From a virus: 64,000 bases of DNA. The stretch is from IMG/VR virus record IMGVR_UViG_3300042878_001080, positions 29,329-93,328 of that record, one strand, 5' to 3'. Position 1 is the stretch's first letter; every line of letters begins with the position of its first letter. Under the pieces are notes generated by a model that did no database searches, was not told the origin of the DNA, and saw only the letters and a list, made by a program, of their open reading frames with translations. Both the position numbers and the translations under genes were made by a program. Below, in pieces: positions 40,228 to 50,657 of the stretch.

Positions 40228-41136
40228 ATGGCTACAGGAACATATGGAACAATAAGACCGGCTGACGTAAGTCCGGAGGATGTTGAGATAATTTTAAATT
40301 ATACACCATCAAGAGATGAAACGGATAATTTTGTATTAACAAAGTTGGACGCATTATCTATTTTAAAACCTTACTATAACAATAGTGATACGGGGGTTAG
40401 TAATGGTATTGAAATATTGGGTGGTTTATATAATTTAAAACTGCCTGCGGAACAATTTAATAAAATTGGTGTCTATACTTTATTTATTAGACCAGCTCAA
40501 ATAAGAACAACAATATTAGATTGTGGTGTGTTATCGGCACTTCCAAACGTTAAAGGTTTGATATTTGATTTAAGTCAAGTTCCTTCGAATTATAGAAACA
40601 AATTTGTTAGTCAAGGATTAGTTGGTTTTAGAATTGAATATTTAAACTCAGATGGTACAAAAATACCTAATTTTTTTAGAATTATTACCTCATCATTTTT
40701 TTGTGAGCCAGTAGTTCAAAACTTAACAAATTCATCACAAAAATCAATAAGATATAAATATACGGATAACAATACTAATTTGTTATTCTGTACTTTAACA
40801 CCATCTTCGGCACCAACAAATAAGCCAAATGCGACACCATATATAGGCCAACCAAATCAGAATGTAATTATTACAAATACATTCTTTAATCCAATAACTT
40901 TGGATATTGAAATTGGTGAGCATGATTTCTCAACATTGGCTATTGGTATTTATGGTAATCAAACTAAATCTATGGATGATGGTATCTACACATATTACGA
41001 TAATAGTTATAACATTTACAAACAATACAATTTATACGAAATTAGAGACCAATTTAACGCATTATTATATGAAGTTAGACAAGATAGAGGTAATAATATA
41101 GATTTTAGTAAAAACTTTACAAACATAACTCAATAA
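40228..41136 (+). CDS. Putative virion structural protein
   Basis: 302-aa ORF in the same operon. Confidence 0.6.
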   Translation: MATGTYGTIRPADVSPEDVEIILNYTPSRDETDNFVLTKLDALSILKPYYNNSDTGVSNGIEILGGLYNLKLPAEQFNKIGVYTLFIRPAQIRTTILDCGVLSALPNVKGLIFDLSQVPSNYRNKFVSQGLVGFRIEYLNSDGTKIPNFFRIITSSFFCEPVVQNLTNSSQKSIRYKYTDNNTNLLFCTLTPSSAPTNKPNATPYIGQPNQNVIITNTFFNPITLDIEIGEHDFSTLAIGIYGNQTKSMDDGIYTYYDNSYNIYKQYNLYEIRDQFNALLYEVRQDRGNNIDFSKNFTNITQ

Positions 41137-44117
41137 TGGCTACAGAAAAATTTACTTGTCCTCCACAAACGGCATCAGGTGCTGGTACATTTTCCGATAA
41201 TTCAGTTGGATTTCAACTTGTTACAGGTGGTGGTTTAACGCAAGGTAATTTTGAATTTACAACGGGGATAACGGAAAAATCAAATAGAACTTTTACCACA
41301 GGAGTGTTCTCTAATCCAATTAATTTAGAGGGGTTAGGTGTTGATAGTGTTGCACAATCAAAAACGATATTTGAAAACAACTTTAAGGTTTATCCTAATT
41401 TTGATATAACTCAAGTTACAAATTTTACCACATATGGGTCAATGGTTAAAAGAATTTCAACATCTGTTGAAACTATTATTAGTAAATTTCCTGCGGCATT
41501 AGAAGTGACCTTTATGGATGAGAATTATGTGACCGGAACAACAGCAACAAATATATCTTATAACCCAATAACAGATGAGACTAGTATAGAACTAAATGTT
41601 TCTAAAATTAGAAATCCATTTGACGTTGATTTTAGTGTTAATTCTACTAGAAATTTGGAGTTAAGAGAGGTTCAGGTTTCTCCTTTAAGAAATTTAACAA
41701 CACAATTTATTAAATACTCGTTATATTATAGTGGTGTCGGTTATAATCTTACTCATATTGAACCAACAACATCATTAACTACCGGAGTACTTAAAATATA
41801 TCTTAAAGGTGATGTTTTTCCAAATCAAACTGAAACATATGATGATTTAGTTATTCGACCAAATGACTATGAGGTTAGTAGGGTTTTTAACGAAGATTTA
41901 GATGAGGTTCAAAGATTTTTATTAAATAGAAACTCAGTACCAAATTATACGGCAACATTCCAAGTTCCAAATGAGAATGATGATGGTACTTATTACATTC
42001 AAAATACGTTAGTTACGTGGCCATTATATGGTAATTGGAATTTGGATATATTAACAAATTCATTTACTACTTATTTAACTACTTTAAATACCATTAGTGT
42101 GTCTTTTGATGGATATCAGACAAATCTTGTCTCAAGATTTTTAACAACTGATTCTCTTAAAGAGTTTGATACTTCTGACCAAAAAATTGAAAAAATATTA
42201 CAAATATATGGTAGAAGTTTTGATGAAACTAAAAAATTTATAAATGGGTTGGCGTATATGAATTCGGTTAATTATAATACCGGTAATGATATTCCATCAC
42301 AATTATTAAAAAATTTATCACAAACATTAGGTTGGGCGACTAATATGTCCCCAATAACTAATGAGGACTTTTTAGGTTCAGTTTTTGGACAAAAGAATGT
42401 TGATAAATCTGATTTTAGTGGTGTAGGACAATCTCAAACACCTGATGAATTAAATTATCAATATTATAAAAATTTAGTTCTTAATTCTGCATATTTGTTT
42501 AAGTCAAAAGGAACTAGAAAGTCAATTGAAACTTTAATGAGGTTGATTGGTGCTCCTGATGCTTTAGTTGAGTTTAATGAGTATGTTTATTTGGCGGACC
42601 AAAGAATAAATATGAATGAGTTTAACTCTCAATATGCTAATATATCGGGAGGAACTTATTCTAAAGAATTACCTATTTTAGACGGGGAATATACATTTAA
42701 CATACAAGGTGTGGTGTGTTCCGGTTTCACAACAACATCGGTTCTTCAAGAAGCGAACGTTACTAAAGGAGATTACCCTATTAGTGATAGTGGATATCCA
42801 TCGTCACCTATTAATTCTGATACTTATTTTTATCAAATGGGTAGTGGATGGTTTGAATCAACACCAAAACATAGGTCACCGGAACAACCTGATTTAACTA
42901 ATAGTGTTTTTACAGGGTCAAACCCAAATTATCAAACAAAGTTAGCTCCTTTTACTTATGGGCAAGAATACTTAAATGTTTATAAAAAATTCCCATTCAC
43001 TGATTTGGGATATAATTTAAGTTCAATTATTGATAATAACAAAAGTTGGGCAGATACTGAAATTGGAAGTAGAAGTAATTTAGATGGTGGTTATAATTCG
43101 TTATATACTACTGATAGTGAAGATTTAATTATTAATGTTAAAAATATTGATTTATATTTAAATCCTGCTCAAGGATTATCGTATGATGTTTGGTATATGT
43201 CTAGAGAATTTAACTTCCCTATTGCCGATGAAGGTTTGGGTTATGTTGCACCAACAAGATGTAATCCTAATCCAAATTCATCTTACCCTCATAGAGGTGG
43301 CGTTGATTCTACGATTATTAATCCTCAACCATTAAAGGAAACATTCTTTGAATTTGCTCAGACATTTTGGAAAAACACAATTAATGTTAGAAATAGACAA
43401 TACGCAACAGATGGAAAAACTAGTGGGTATCCAACATTATCTTCAATATATTGGAATTATTTAGAATCCCAATCTTTGGCTGGAATTCAAAATGATAATT
43501 TTACATACCAAACAATGATTGACTATGTAAATGGTATGGGTGATTATTGGATTAGATTAGTGGAACAAATGATTCCAGCAACAACAATTTGGAATACGGG
43601 AGTTAAATTAGAAAACTCTATTTTTCATAGACAAAAATTTGTGTGGAGACGACAAAGAGGTTGTGATTTAGTTCCAATTCTTTGTAATCCTTGTAAATTC
43701 ACGGGTAGTATTTATTTAGATAATTGTACTGTATGGTCTCACTTATGTAATGTATATCCTGATAAAGGATTTGATTTGATATTATCTGATGTTGTGAATA
43801 CAGAAGGATGTGATGAAGATACGATTAGTAGTGATTGGTTTGTTGATATTACTATAAATGGGTTTAATATTAATCAAGTACCATTTTTCCATGGTTCGGG
43901 TCTTTATTTCCCAAATAGTGTTCCTAACTTATCTGATTGGGAGACAGCTTTAAACCAAACTTTACAACAAATATATTCGTTAGGGTATGATTATCGTTAT
44001 GAGACAATTGATAATGTTTATTATGTCAGAATTTGGGATACAAATTGTGCTACTACACCATCAACTAAAACAATAACTATAAATGTGGGAATACAATACA
44101 GTATATCTTGTCAGTAA
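41136..44117 (+). CDS. Baseplate wedge protein, gp7/P2 gpI-like
   Basis: LLKNL...LGW, YLFKSKGTRKSIETLMRLIG. Confidence 0.65.
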   Translation: MATEKFTCPPQTASGAGTFSDNSVGFQLVTGGGLTQGNFEFTTGITEKSNRTFTTGVFSNPINLEGLGVDSVAQSKTIFENNFKVYPNFDITQVTNFTTYGSMVKRISTSVETIISKFPAALEVTFMDENYVTGTTATNISYNPITDETSIELNVSKIRNPFDVDFSVNSTRNLELREVQVSPLRNLTTQFIKYSLYYSGVGYNLTHIEPTTSLTTGVLKIYLKGDVFPNQTETYDDLVIRPNDYEVSRVFNEDLDEVQRFLLNRNSVPNYTATFQVPNENDDGTYYIQNTLVTWPLYGNWNLDILTNSFTTYLTTLNTISVSFDGYQTNLVSRFLTTDSLKEFDTSDQKIEKILQIYGRSFDETKKFINGLAYMNSVNYNTGNDIPSQLLKNLSQTLGWATNMSPITNEDFLGSVFGQKNVDKSDFSGVGQSQTPDELNYQYYKNLVLNSAYLFKSKGTRKSIETLMRLIGAPDALVEFNEYVYLADQRINMNEFNSQYANISGGTYSKELPILDGEYTFNIQGVVCSGFTTTSVLQEANVTKGDYPISDSGYPSSPINSDTYFYQMGSGWFESTPKHRSPEQPDLTNSVFTGSNPNYQTKLAPFTYGQEYLNVYKKFPFTDLGYNLSSIIDNNKSWADTEIGSRSNLDGGYNSLYTTDSEDLIINVKNIDLYLNPAQGLSYDVWYMSREFNFPIADEGLGYVAPTRCNPNPNSSYPHRGGVDSTIINPQPLKETFFEFAQTFWKNTINVRNRQYATDGKTSGYPTLSSIYWNYLESQSLAGIQNDNFTYQTMIDYVNGMGDYWIRLVEQMIPATTIWNTGVKLENSIFHRQKFVWRRQRGCDLVPILCNPCKFTGSIYLDNCTVWSHLCNVYPDKGFDLILSDVVNTEGCDEDTISSDWFVDITINGFNINQVPFFHGSGLYFPNSVPNLSDWETALNQTLQQIYSLGYDYRYETIDNVYYVRIWDTNCATTPSTKTITINVGIQYSISCQ

Positions 44118-44156
44118 ATATGAAAAATAAACTTTACAATAACTTACACATTATAA

Positions 44157-47100
44157 ATGGCTTGTAATATATTATATAATACTAGTATAACCGGAGATTG
44201 TGCTAATATTAACTCAGGGTCATTTACCATTAACATTAGTGGTACGGGTCCTTATTCCATTCAATGGGTGTCACCCTTCACCGGAACGACTTCTTTAGGT
44301 TTGAGTGCCACAACATATTCACGAACAAGTTTATCGGCAACAACTTATACTTTTAACATTATTGATAGTTGTAGTCCTAATACAATAGTACCTGTAAATA
44401 TTTATATTTCTAGCGGGACTAGTGTTTCTATAACAAATTTTAGTAATACAATATGTGGTGGAAATAATGGTTCTTTAACGGCATCGACAAGTAATATATA
44501 TGGAACACCAACTTTTAGTTTATATAATAATACAGGGGGGTTTGTTTCTTCAGGTGCGTCATATACTAATACATTTGTATTCACTAGTTTATCCTCAGGA
44601 ACTTACTATGTGATTGCTAATGATGGTGGTGGTTGTGTGGGGAAATCAGAGACGTGTATCATTAAAGAATCGAATCCAATTGATTATGATTTTTATATTG
44701 TGGATGATGCGGGTTGTAAAGTTAATTCAGGTAAAATGTTTATTTCAGGATTAACAGGAACGCCTCCTTACACTTATTTATGGTCAAATGGTAGTATTAC
44801 AAATTCTATTTCAGATTTATCAACAGGTGTTTATAGTGTTACAGTTACTGATAATACAGGTTGTAGCGTTAGTAAAAGTGGTTTTGTTGGTGAAGTAACG
44901 CCTGTTGGGTTTGGTGTTGAATATTTAAAACAACCAACGTGTTTTAGTGGTGACGGTGAGGTTACTATTGTTGTGACTGATGGTACTCCACCATTTTATT
45001 ATTTAGGTTCAAATGGTGTTACAAATGTCACATTTGATAGGACTGTTACTTTTAGTGGGTTAAGTGCCGGTCTTTTTACTATTCAAGTAACGGATGCGGG
45101 ATTATGTAATTTTATATCCTCAGTTACTTTACAAGTTCCGATGGGAATCTCGTCAGTTTCAGTTGAAACTAAAAATTCAAAATGTAATGATTTGACAGGT
45201 CAAATAGGTCCTATCCATGTTTTTGGTGGGGTTATACCTTATACTTATACTTTAACGGATTTTGATGGTAATATAATAAGTCAAACATCTAATAGTGGTA
45301 CTTGGACTTTTAATAATTTATCTTCAGGTACTTACTTATTAACTGTTTCTGATTCAGGTACTGAGTCTTGTGTATTTATGGATTCGTATACGGTTAATAA
45401 TGATGTGTTATATGATTTAACCGTTACTACAACAGGAACTACTTGTGATGGTAATGATGGGGTTGTAACGTTAGACATTACATCGGGAGGAACACCGCCT
45501 TACTTATATAAAATTGATGGTAAATCAATTAAAACTTCATTAACTTCTTATACTTTTAATAATTTAGTTTCGGGTAATTATGTTGCGAGTGTTACCGATG
45601 CGTTATATTGTTACCAATCAACACCATTTACTATAGATGAGTCGAACACTATAGATTTTCATTTATTAAGTCAAAATGCGATAAATGATGATGGGATTAT
45701 AACTGCTTACATAACTAATGGAACACCACCATTTACGTTATATTTTAATGGTGATACTGTTGGAACTACAGTTATGTCTATACCTGATTTACCTATTGGT
45801 GATTATTCGGTTAGGATAGTTGATAGTTCGGGATGTTCTAAAACAAAAAGTAATAAAATCGGAGGGTATCGACAAAGAGGTTCTATTGGGTCTTACAATG
45901 TTTGTAGTGGTACGTTAGATAAAAGTATTGTTCTCAATTCTAACATTAGACAATTTTTTTATGAAGGGTATAATGAGTTAATATTGACAGAACCAACATA
46001 TTCAAATTGTATTTTAACAGGGGCTACGTTTTCTGCGACAACAACTATTGGTGATTGTGTTAAAACTGAATTATTTTATCATAGTACAACAATAACGGAT
46101 TATCCATCTGATGAGGATTGGTTTTTAGTTATAACTTCATTAATTGAATCCTGTCCTCAAATTGGTTCCGGTAATGTTTTAATTAATTCTTTAACTAATA
46201 CTATTACTGTTACAACAAATTGTGATTTAGAATCTTTACATAATTCAAATGTTTTAGTTGAGTTAAGAATTCATTATGAGATTGCTTGTGTTTGTGCTTT
46301 ACCAACACCAACACCAACAATGACACCAACTCATACTCCGACTCCAACAATGACTCAAACGCCAGGAGCATCACCATCTGTGACGCCAACACATACTCCG
46401 ACTCAAACACCGACACATACACCTACAATGACTCAAACTCCAACGAGTACAATGACTCCAACACCAACACCGACATCTAAAAAAACATATTATGCGTATG
46501 TTATATGTGATGCGAGACCAAATTTAACTACTTCAGTGATTCAACCAATACCGGCAATAGTTGGTAATATGGTTAATGATGTTATTTTAGATTTAAATAA
46601 TAATATTTGTTGGAGATTAGTTGAAATTAGTGATAATGAGAATCATTTAATTAGTACTTATGGTGGAACTACCTATACTAATAATTATTTTACAAATGTT
46701 TATGGTGAAATATTCTCAAGTCAGAACACTAAAAATCCTTGTGACGATTGTAAAGAAGTTATAAAATCATTACCAGTCCCGGTTAAAAGTGATTGTCCAA
46801 CAAACTTAAGAAATTGGAGTGATTGTCCTAAAGCTGATGTTATAGGTATTATTTATGTTAATGATACAATAATTTATTCATTTGATTATGACTTTGATGT
46901 TAGTTTATATTTAGATACTTTACCAACAAATAATGGTGATTATGTTAATATAGTTTTAACAACATCAAGTAGTGATACTATTGTTACGTTAAATGTTTCA
47001 TATAATGATGGTGTAACATATTCTCAAACAAGTAATACAGTAATTAATTTTGGTTATTTTGTTAAATGTGATGCAAAATCACAACCTGATTCTATTGATA

Positions 47101-47570
47101 TTTTCTCAACGTGTGAACGTGTTCCACCATCAATAATATTATATAGTACAACATATAGTGAGGGTGGTTTTATTCCTACCCCAGCATATTCATATACATC
47201 AAATAATTCACCACAAATGGTGTGGATGTTAAATAATTTTAATGGAATAACGGTAACTAGTTTTGAAATACTTTGTGAAGATATTGATATTGTTGGTAGT
47301 AGTCCTGATGGATATTCTGTTCTATGGCATGTTACAAATATTGACCCTACACAATTCAATATTGCGAGTAACGGTACTTGGATTGGTGATGCAATACTTA
47401 ACTTTACTGATGGTGACCCAACTAGTTTTAATGGTTGGAACGGTCCTAGTGTAACGGGTGGTTTTGTAAATCATTATAGAATACAAATAACAGCTAATTT
47501 ATCTAGTGGTGGTTCCGTAAGTAGTAATTACTCAACATTTAGAGCTACTTGTACGACACCATACTGTTAA
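44157..47570 (+). CDS. SprB-repeat adhesin / tail fibre-like protein with Thr-Pro linker and C-terminal PEBP-like domain
   Basis: Repeated C....G.....GGTPPY.Y.W...L..G.Y.VTVTD..GC units; PT tract ~46300-46480. Confidence 0.75.
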   Translation: MACNILYNTSITGDCANINSGSFTINISGTGPYSIQWVSPFTGTTSLGLSATTYSRTSLSATTYTFNIIDSCSPNTIVPVNIYISSGTSVSITNFSNTICGGNNGSLTASTSNIYGTPTFSLYNNTGGFVSSGASYTNTFVFTSLSSGTYYVIANDGGGCVGKSETCIIKESNPIDYDFYIVDDAGCKVNSGKMFISGLTGTPPYTYLWSNGSITNSISDLSTGVYSVTVTDNTGCSVSKSGFVGEVTPVGFGVEYLKQPTCFSGDGEVTIVVTDGTPPFYYLGSNGVTNVTFDRTVTFSGLSAGLFTIQVTDAGLCNFISSVTLQVPMGISSVSVETKNSKCNDLTGQIGPIHVFGGVIPYTYTLTDFDGNIISQTSNSGTWTFNNLSSGTYLLTVSDSGTESCVFMDSYTVNNDVLYDLTVTTTGTTCDGNDGVVTLDITSGGTPPYLYKIDGKSIKTSLTSYTFNNLVSGNYVASVTDALYCYQSTPFTIDESNTIDFHLLSQNAINDDGIITAYITNGTPPFTLYFNGDTVGTTVMSIPDLPIGDYSVRIVDSSGCSKTKSNKIGGYRQRGSIGSYNVCSGTLDKSIVLNSNIRQFFYEGYNELILTEPTYSNCILTGATFSATTTIGDCVKTELFYHSTTITDYPSDEDWFLVITSLIESCPQIGSGNVLINSLTNTITVTTNCDLESLHNSNVLVELRIHYEIACVCALPTPTPTMTPTHTPTPTMTQTPGASPSVTPTHTPTQTPTHTPTMTQTPTSTMTPTPTPTSKKTYYAYVICDARPNLTTSVIQPIPAIVGNMVNDVILDLNNNICWRLVEISDNENHLISTYGGTTYTNNYFTNVYGEIFSSQNTKNPCDDCKEVIKSLPVPVKSDCPTNLRNWSDCPKADVIGIIYVNDTIIYSFDYDFDVSLYLDTLPTNNGDYVNIVLTTSSSDTIVTLNVSYNDGVTYSQTSNTVINFGYFVKCDAKSQPDSIDIFSTCERVPPSIILYSTTYSEGGFIPTPAYSYTSNNSPQMVWMLNNFNGITVTSFEILCEDIDIVGSSPDGYSVLWHVTNIDPTQFNIASNGTWIGDAILNFTDGDPTSFNGWNGPSVTGGFVNHYRIQITANLSSGGSVSSNYSTFRATCTTPYC
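46300..46478 (+). repeat. Thr-Pro low-complexity coding repeat
   Basis: [14 protein letters not shown]...TPTPTPTS. Confidence 0.9.
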
Positions 47571-47574
47571 TAAA

Positions 47575-47606
47575 TAAAAAACCCCTCCGTTAAGAGGGGT
47601 TTTAAA
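47575..47606. terminator. Bidirectional terminator between convergent genes
   Basis: AAAACCCCTC-CGTTAA-GAGGGGTTTT. Confidence 0.85.
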
Positions 47607-48206
47607 TTACCATATGTTTTCTTGTCTCATGTGACCTAAGACACAACAATAAGCATCTGTTTGGTCGAAGTTCTCTTTTTTGAGTGTATTGTTTCTTGTG
47701 TATTGCCAAGTAATTTGTGGTTCTTTTTTTGCAATTAAGTCCCATATAATTTGTTTCTTATCAATATCTTTTGGGAGACCGCCGAATAGTACAAATTTAC
47801 CTTGATTGTTTTCTTTAACTAATTCAGGGAAGGCAAACTTACGAGAGTTATATGTTGATATGAAGTCAGGGACTATCCCTAAAACATCATATATCTCTTT
47901 TGTGACTAATGTGTTAAAACGTAATAATGTTTGAACGGTATAGACGTTATTTGAGTTTAATAGAGGTTCTTCAATAATTACTTTAGTGATACCCATATCT
48001 TTATATTCTAAAAGTTTAGCTCTAAAGATTTCACCTTTAAGAAGTAATTCTTTTATTTTATTATCTTCCTTAGGTTTAGGTGTTGGTGATACGTGAGTTA
48101 ATTCCAATAATTCTTTACTTTCTATGTCGAATAATGCGACACCTATAGTTTTTGTTGAGACATCTAATCCAAGTACTTTAGGGCTTTCTTTTAATGTTTT
48201 TTTCAT
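47607..48206 (-). CDS. ruvC: RuvC-like Holliday junction resolvase
   Basis: VLGLDVSTKTIG, VIIEE, FDQTDAY. Confidence 0.8.
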   Translation of the reverse strand: MKKTLKESPKVLGLDVSTKTIGVALFDIESKELLELTHVSPTPKPKEDNKIKELLLKGEIFRAKLLEYKDMGITKVIIEEPLLNSNNVYTVQTLLRFNTLVTKEIYDVLGIVPDFISTYNSRKFAFPELVKENNQGKFVLFGGLPKDIDKKQIIWDLIAKKEPQITWQYTRNNTLKKENFDQTDAYCCVLGHMRQENIW

Positions 48207-48209
48207 ATA

Positions 48210-50630
48210 TTAAAAATCAAATTTTACTAAAAACTGTTGAATTCCTTGTCTAAGGACAGGAGATTGTAGCTTTGATACAATCATAAGATTCATTTGGTCA
48301 TCGTAAAGACCAATTTCTGAAATATATGGTGTAACACCTTGAGACCAACTTGGGTTGGATGAGTGTTGAAACTCGGCTTGGCCAAGATTTATTTTATATC
48401 TCATTTCATAGATGGTTGCTTGTATGTCAGTTTCTAAGGAACCGTAAAAATAATATTCGTCACCAAAATTAAGAGTTTGTCCTGTTTGTCCTATTGATGG
48501 TAATGAAATGAAATTGTTTAAATTATATTTGTTAGTTTCTGATGTGTCATATAAAGTTTTAGTGATAACGAATGTATTACCGGTAAGACCTGATTGAGTA
48601 ATATAACTATTTACGGTTGTCGCACTTAATTGATTTGTAAAATTAATTAATCTCCATTTATTTGAGTCAGGTCTATCACCATTTTCAACAATTTGGCAGA
48701 TTATTTGAAATTTGTTTGCAACATAACCATTAACTAGTGAATTATTTGTTATTTGTTTTAAACAATTAAATCCACCACCAAAAGTGATTGCAACATCTTG
48801 TTGTCCTGCAACACCACAATTAACATTTGGTCCTAATATTGTTGAGTAATAATTACAATGTAATGAATTTGTTGCTCCTGATGATGAGTTTGTTAATAAA
48901 TAACTAACATACATCGTTTGGTTAGTTCCTGATAGTACCCCTAAACCAGAAGAATCATTAACTACAGTACAACTATTTGGTGTTATTAGAGATGTTGTGG
49001 CTGATGGTAAAGTCCAGTTACGATTTGATTTATAAGATAATGCGGCGATTAATTCCTCATCATCGATTACGATTATTTTTTGGTCGGGAAACACTTTACC
49101 AACTCTGTTAGGTTGTCCATTAACACTATTTGGGTGAGTGTCCCATAACATATAATAACGAATACCTGGTGTATTCATATCTGTGTTTTTAGTGGATTTG
49201 ATATAGTGAGTTTTAAACACATTGATTGGTACCTCGTCTTCAGGTGGGAAAACATAGAATGTTTCACCGTGACAGCACTCAGGGTTTTTATGCCACATTA
49301 ACCAAGGTAAGTGTAATTTAAAATTTCTTGCGTCTCCTGTTACATCTTCAGCATTTGTTCCGGTAATCGGTTGCTCGAGTGCAAATTTTTCACCATAGAA
49401 AAAATCAATCGTGTTATTTGTATAATGAATGATAGCTATTGATTTTTGTTCTTCCGGAGTAACAACAATTTTTTTATTAAATGAATTATAATAATAAACA
49501 GAATCTTCAACATTCATATCTTTATCAACAAATGTTTGACCGCTACTTGACATATATCCTAAGTATTCTTTAGTACCAATATATGATTTAGAATTAAAAT
49601 GTGTGTAATCTTGAGATATTGTTGGAATTAATCCTGCGGGGTTTTCAGACCAAGGAATGTTCATATTCCAAACTTTAACATCAAATTGGTCTGTATCACA
49701 AATAGATTCAAAATTAATCACATCAGTGTTCCAATGTTGGGTTGGTGTTATACTATCGTATAATGAAGTCATATTAGGTGGATACACTAATGTTCTAACA
49801 TAAGTACAAGCGGACGTTATGTAAGTGTAGTTAGGTGTTACTCTATCTAAAGTTATTACATTTAAACAAATATCAACAATTTTATATGTTAAGATATTGT
49901 GACAACTATTAACATTTACAAAGGTGTTAATAACAGGTGTTGGAGTACAACCTGTTGGGGTTGTTAGACAACAAGTTGATGATGGTGTTGGTGTTGGGTA
50001 TGGTGGCATACAAGCATCATATGATGGTGTAACCGTTGGTGTTGGTGTGGGTGTTGGTGATGAAGGTATGTTAGTTCCACAATAACTAGTATTACCATCA
50101 AAATAAATTGTGATTAAATCTCCTTTTGATGGTAATCTAACAATATTGGTGTTACAACCTGAATAAATTATTTTGATTTGTGTTCCACCGGTGAATGTTG
50201 AAATATCGACAACATAGTTAGAATTGATAACGTAATTAGTGTTAGTGTTTGCACTCCAACTTGAAGGTGGTGATGTTGTATCTCCACTAAAAAAACCTCT
50301 AATTGATGCTCTATTATATATTGGAGAAACCGCAGGGTCTGAGAATGGGATACCATAAGTACTATTGTTATTTTGATTAACATAAATAGGGTATTTAACA
50401 TTCTGTTTATTAGTTTGACCTTGAGCAGAATTTTGTGAATTAAAATTCGGTTCTAATATATTATTATAAGATTGATTGTAAGGGGCACCACTTAAGGTGT
50501 TGTAAGAAATTTCACTATCTCCAATTTGAAAATAGGAGATGTTAAAATTACCTTCAGATAGTTTTTGTCTAGCTGTGTCGGTTAATCTTGTGTTAATTAG
50601 TGCTGATGTGTTTTTAACTATATATGCCAT
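48210..50630 (-). CDS. Tail-fibre attachment/collar-like protein
   Basis: N-terminal LTDTAR.KL....ISYFQIGD; C-terminal ISEIGLYD...L.IVSKL..P; PT tract. Confidence 0.55.
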   Translation of the reverse strand: MAYIVKNTSALINTRLTDTARQKLSEGNFNISYFQIGDSEISYNTLSGAPYNQSYNNILEPNFNSQNSAQGQTNKQNVKYPIYVNQNNNSTYGIPFSDPAVSPIYNRASIRGFFSGDTTSPPSSWSANTNTNYVINSNYVVDISTFTGGTQIKIIYSGCNTNIVRLPSKGDLITIYFDGNTSYCGTNIPSSPTPTPTPTVTPSYDACMPPYPTPTPSSTCCLTTPTGCTPTPVINTFVNVNSCHNILTYKIVDICLNVITLDRVTPNYTYITSACTYVRTLVYPPNMTSLYDSITPTQHWNTDVINFESICDTDQFDVKVWNMNIPWSENPAGLIPTISQDYTHFNSKSYIGTKEYLGYMSSSGQTFVDKDMNVEDSVYYYNSFNKKIVVTPEEQKSIAIIHYTNNTIDFFYGEKFALEQPITGTNAEDVTGDARNFKLHLPWLMWHKNPECCHGETFYVFPPEDEVPINVFKTHYIKSTKNTDMNTPGIRYYMLWDTHPNSVNGQPNRVGKVFPDQKIIVIDDEELIAALSYKSNRNWTLPSATTSLITPNSCTVVNDSSGLGVLSGTNQTMYVSYLLTNSSSGATNSLHCNYYSTILGPNVNCGVAGQQDVAITFGGGFNCLKQITNNSLVNGYVANKFQIICQIVENGDRPDSNKWRLINFTNQLSATTVNSYITQSGLTGNTFVITKTLYDTSETNKYNLNNFISLPSIGQTGQTLNFGDEYYFYGSLETDIQATIYEMRYKINLGQAEFQHSSNPSWSQGVTPYISEIGLYDDQMNLMIVSKLQSPVLRQGIQQFLVKFDF

Positions 50631-50657
50631 ACTGTATAAATATTCTGTGTTTTATTA

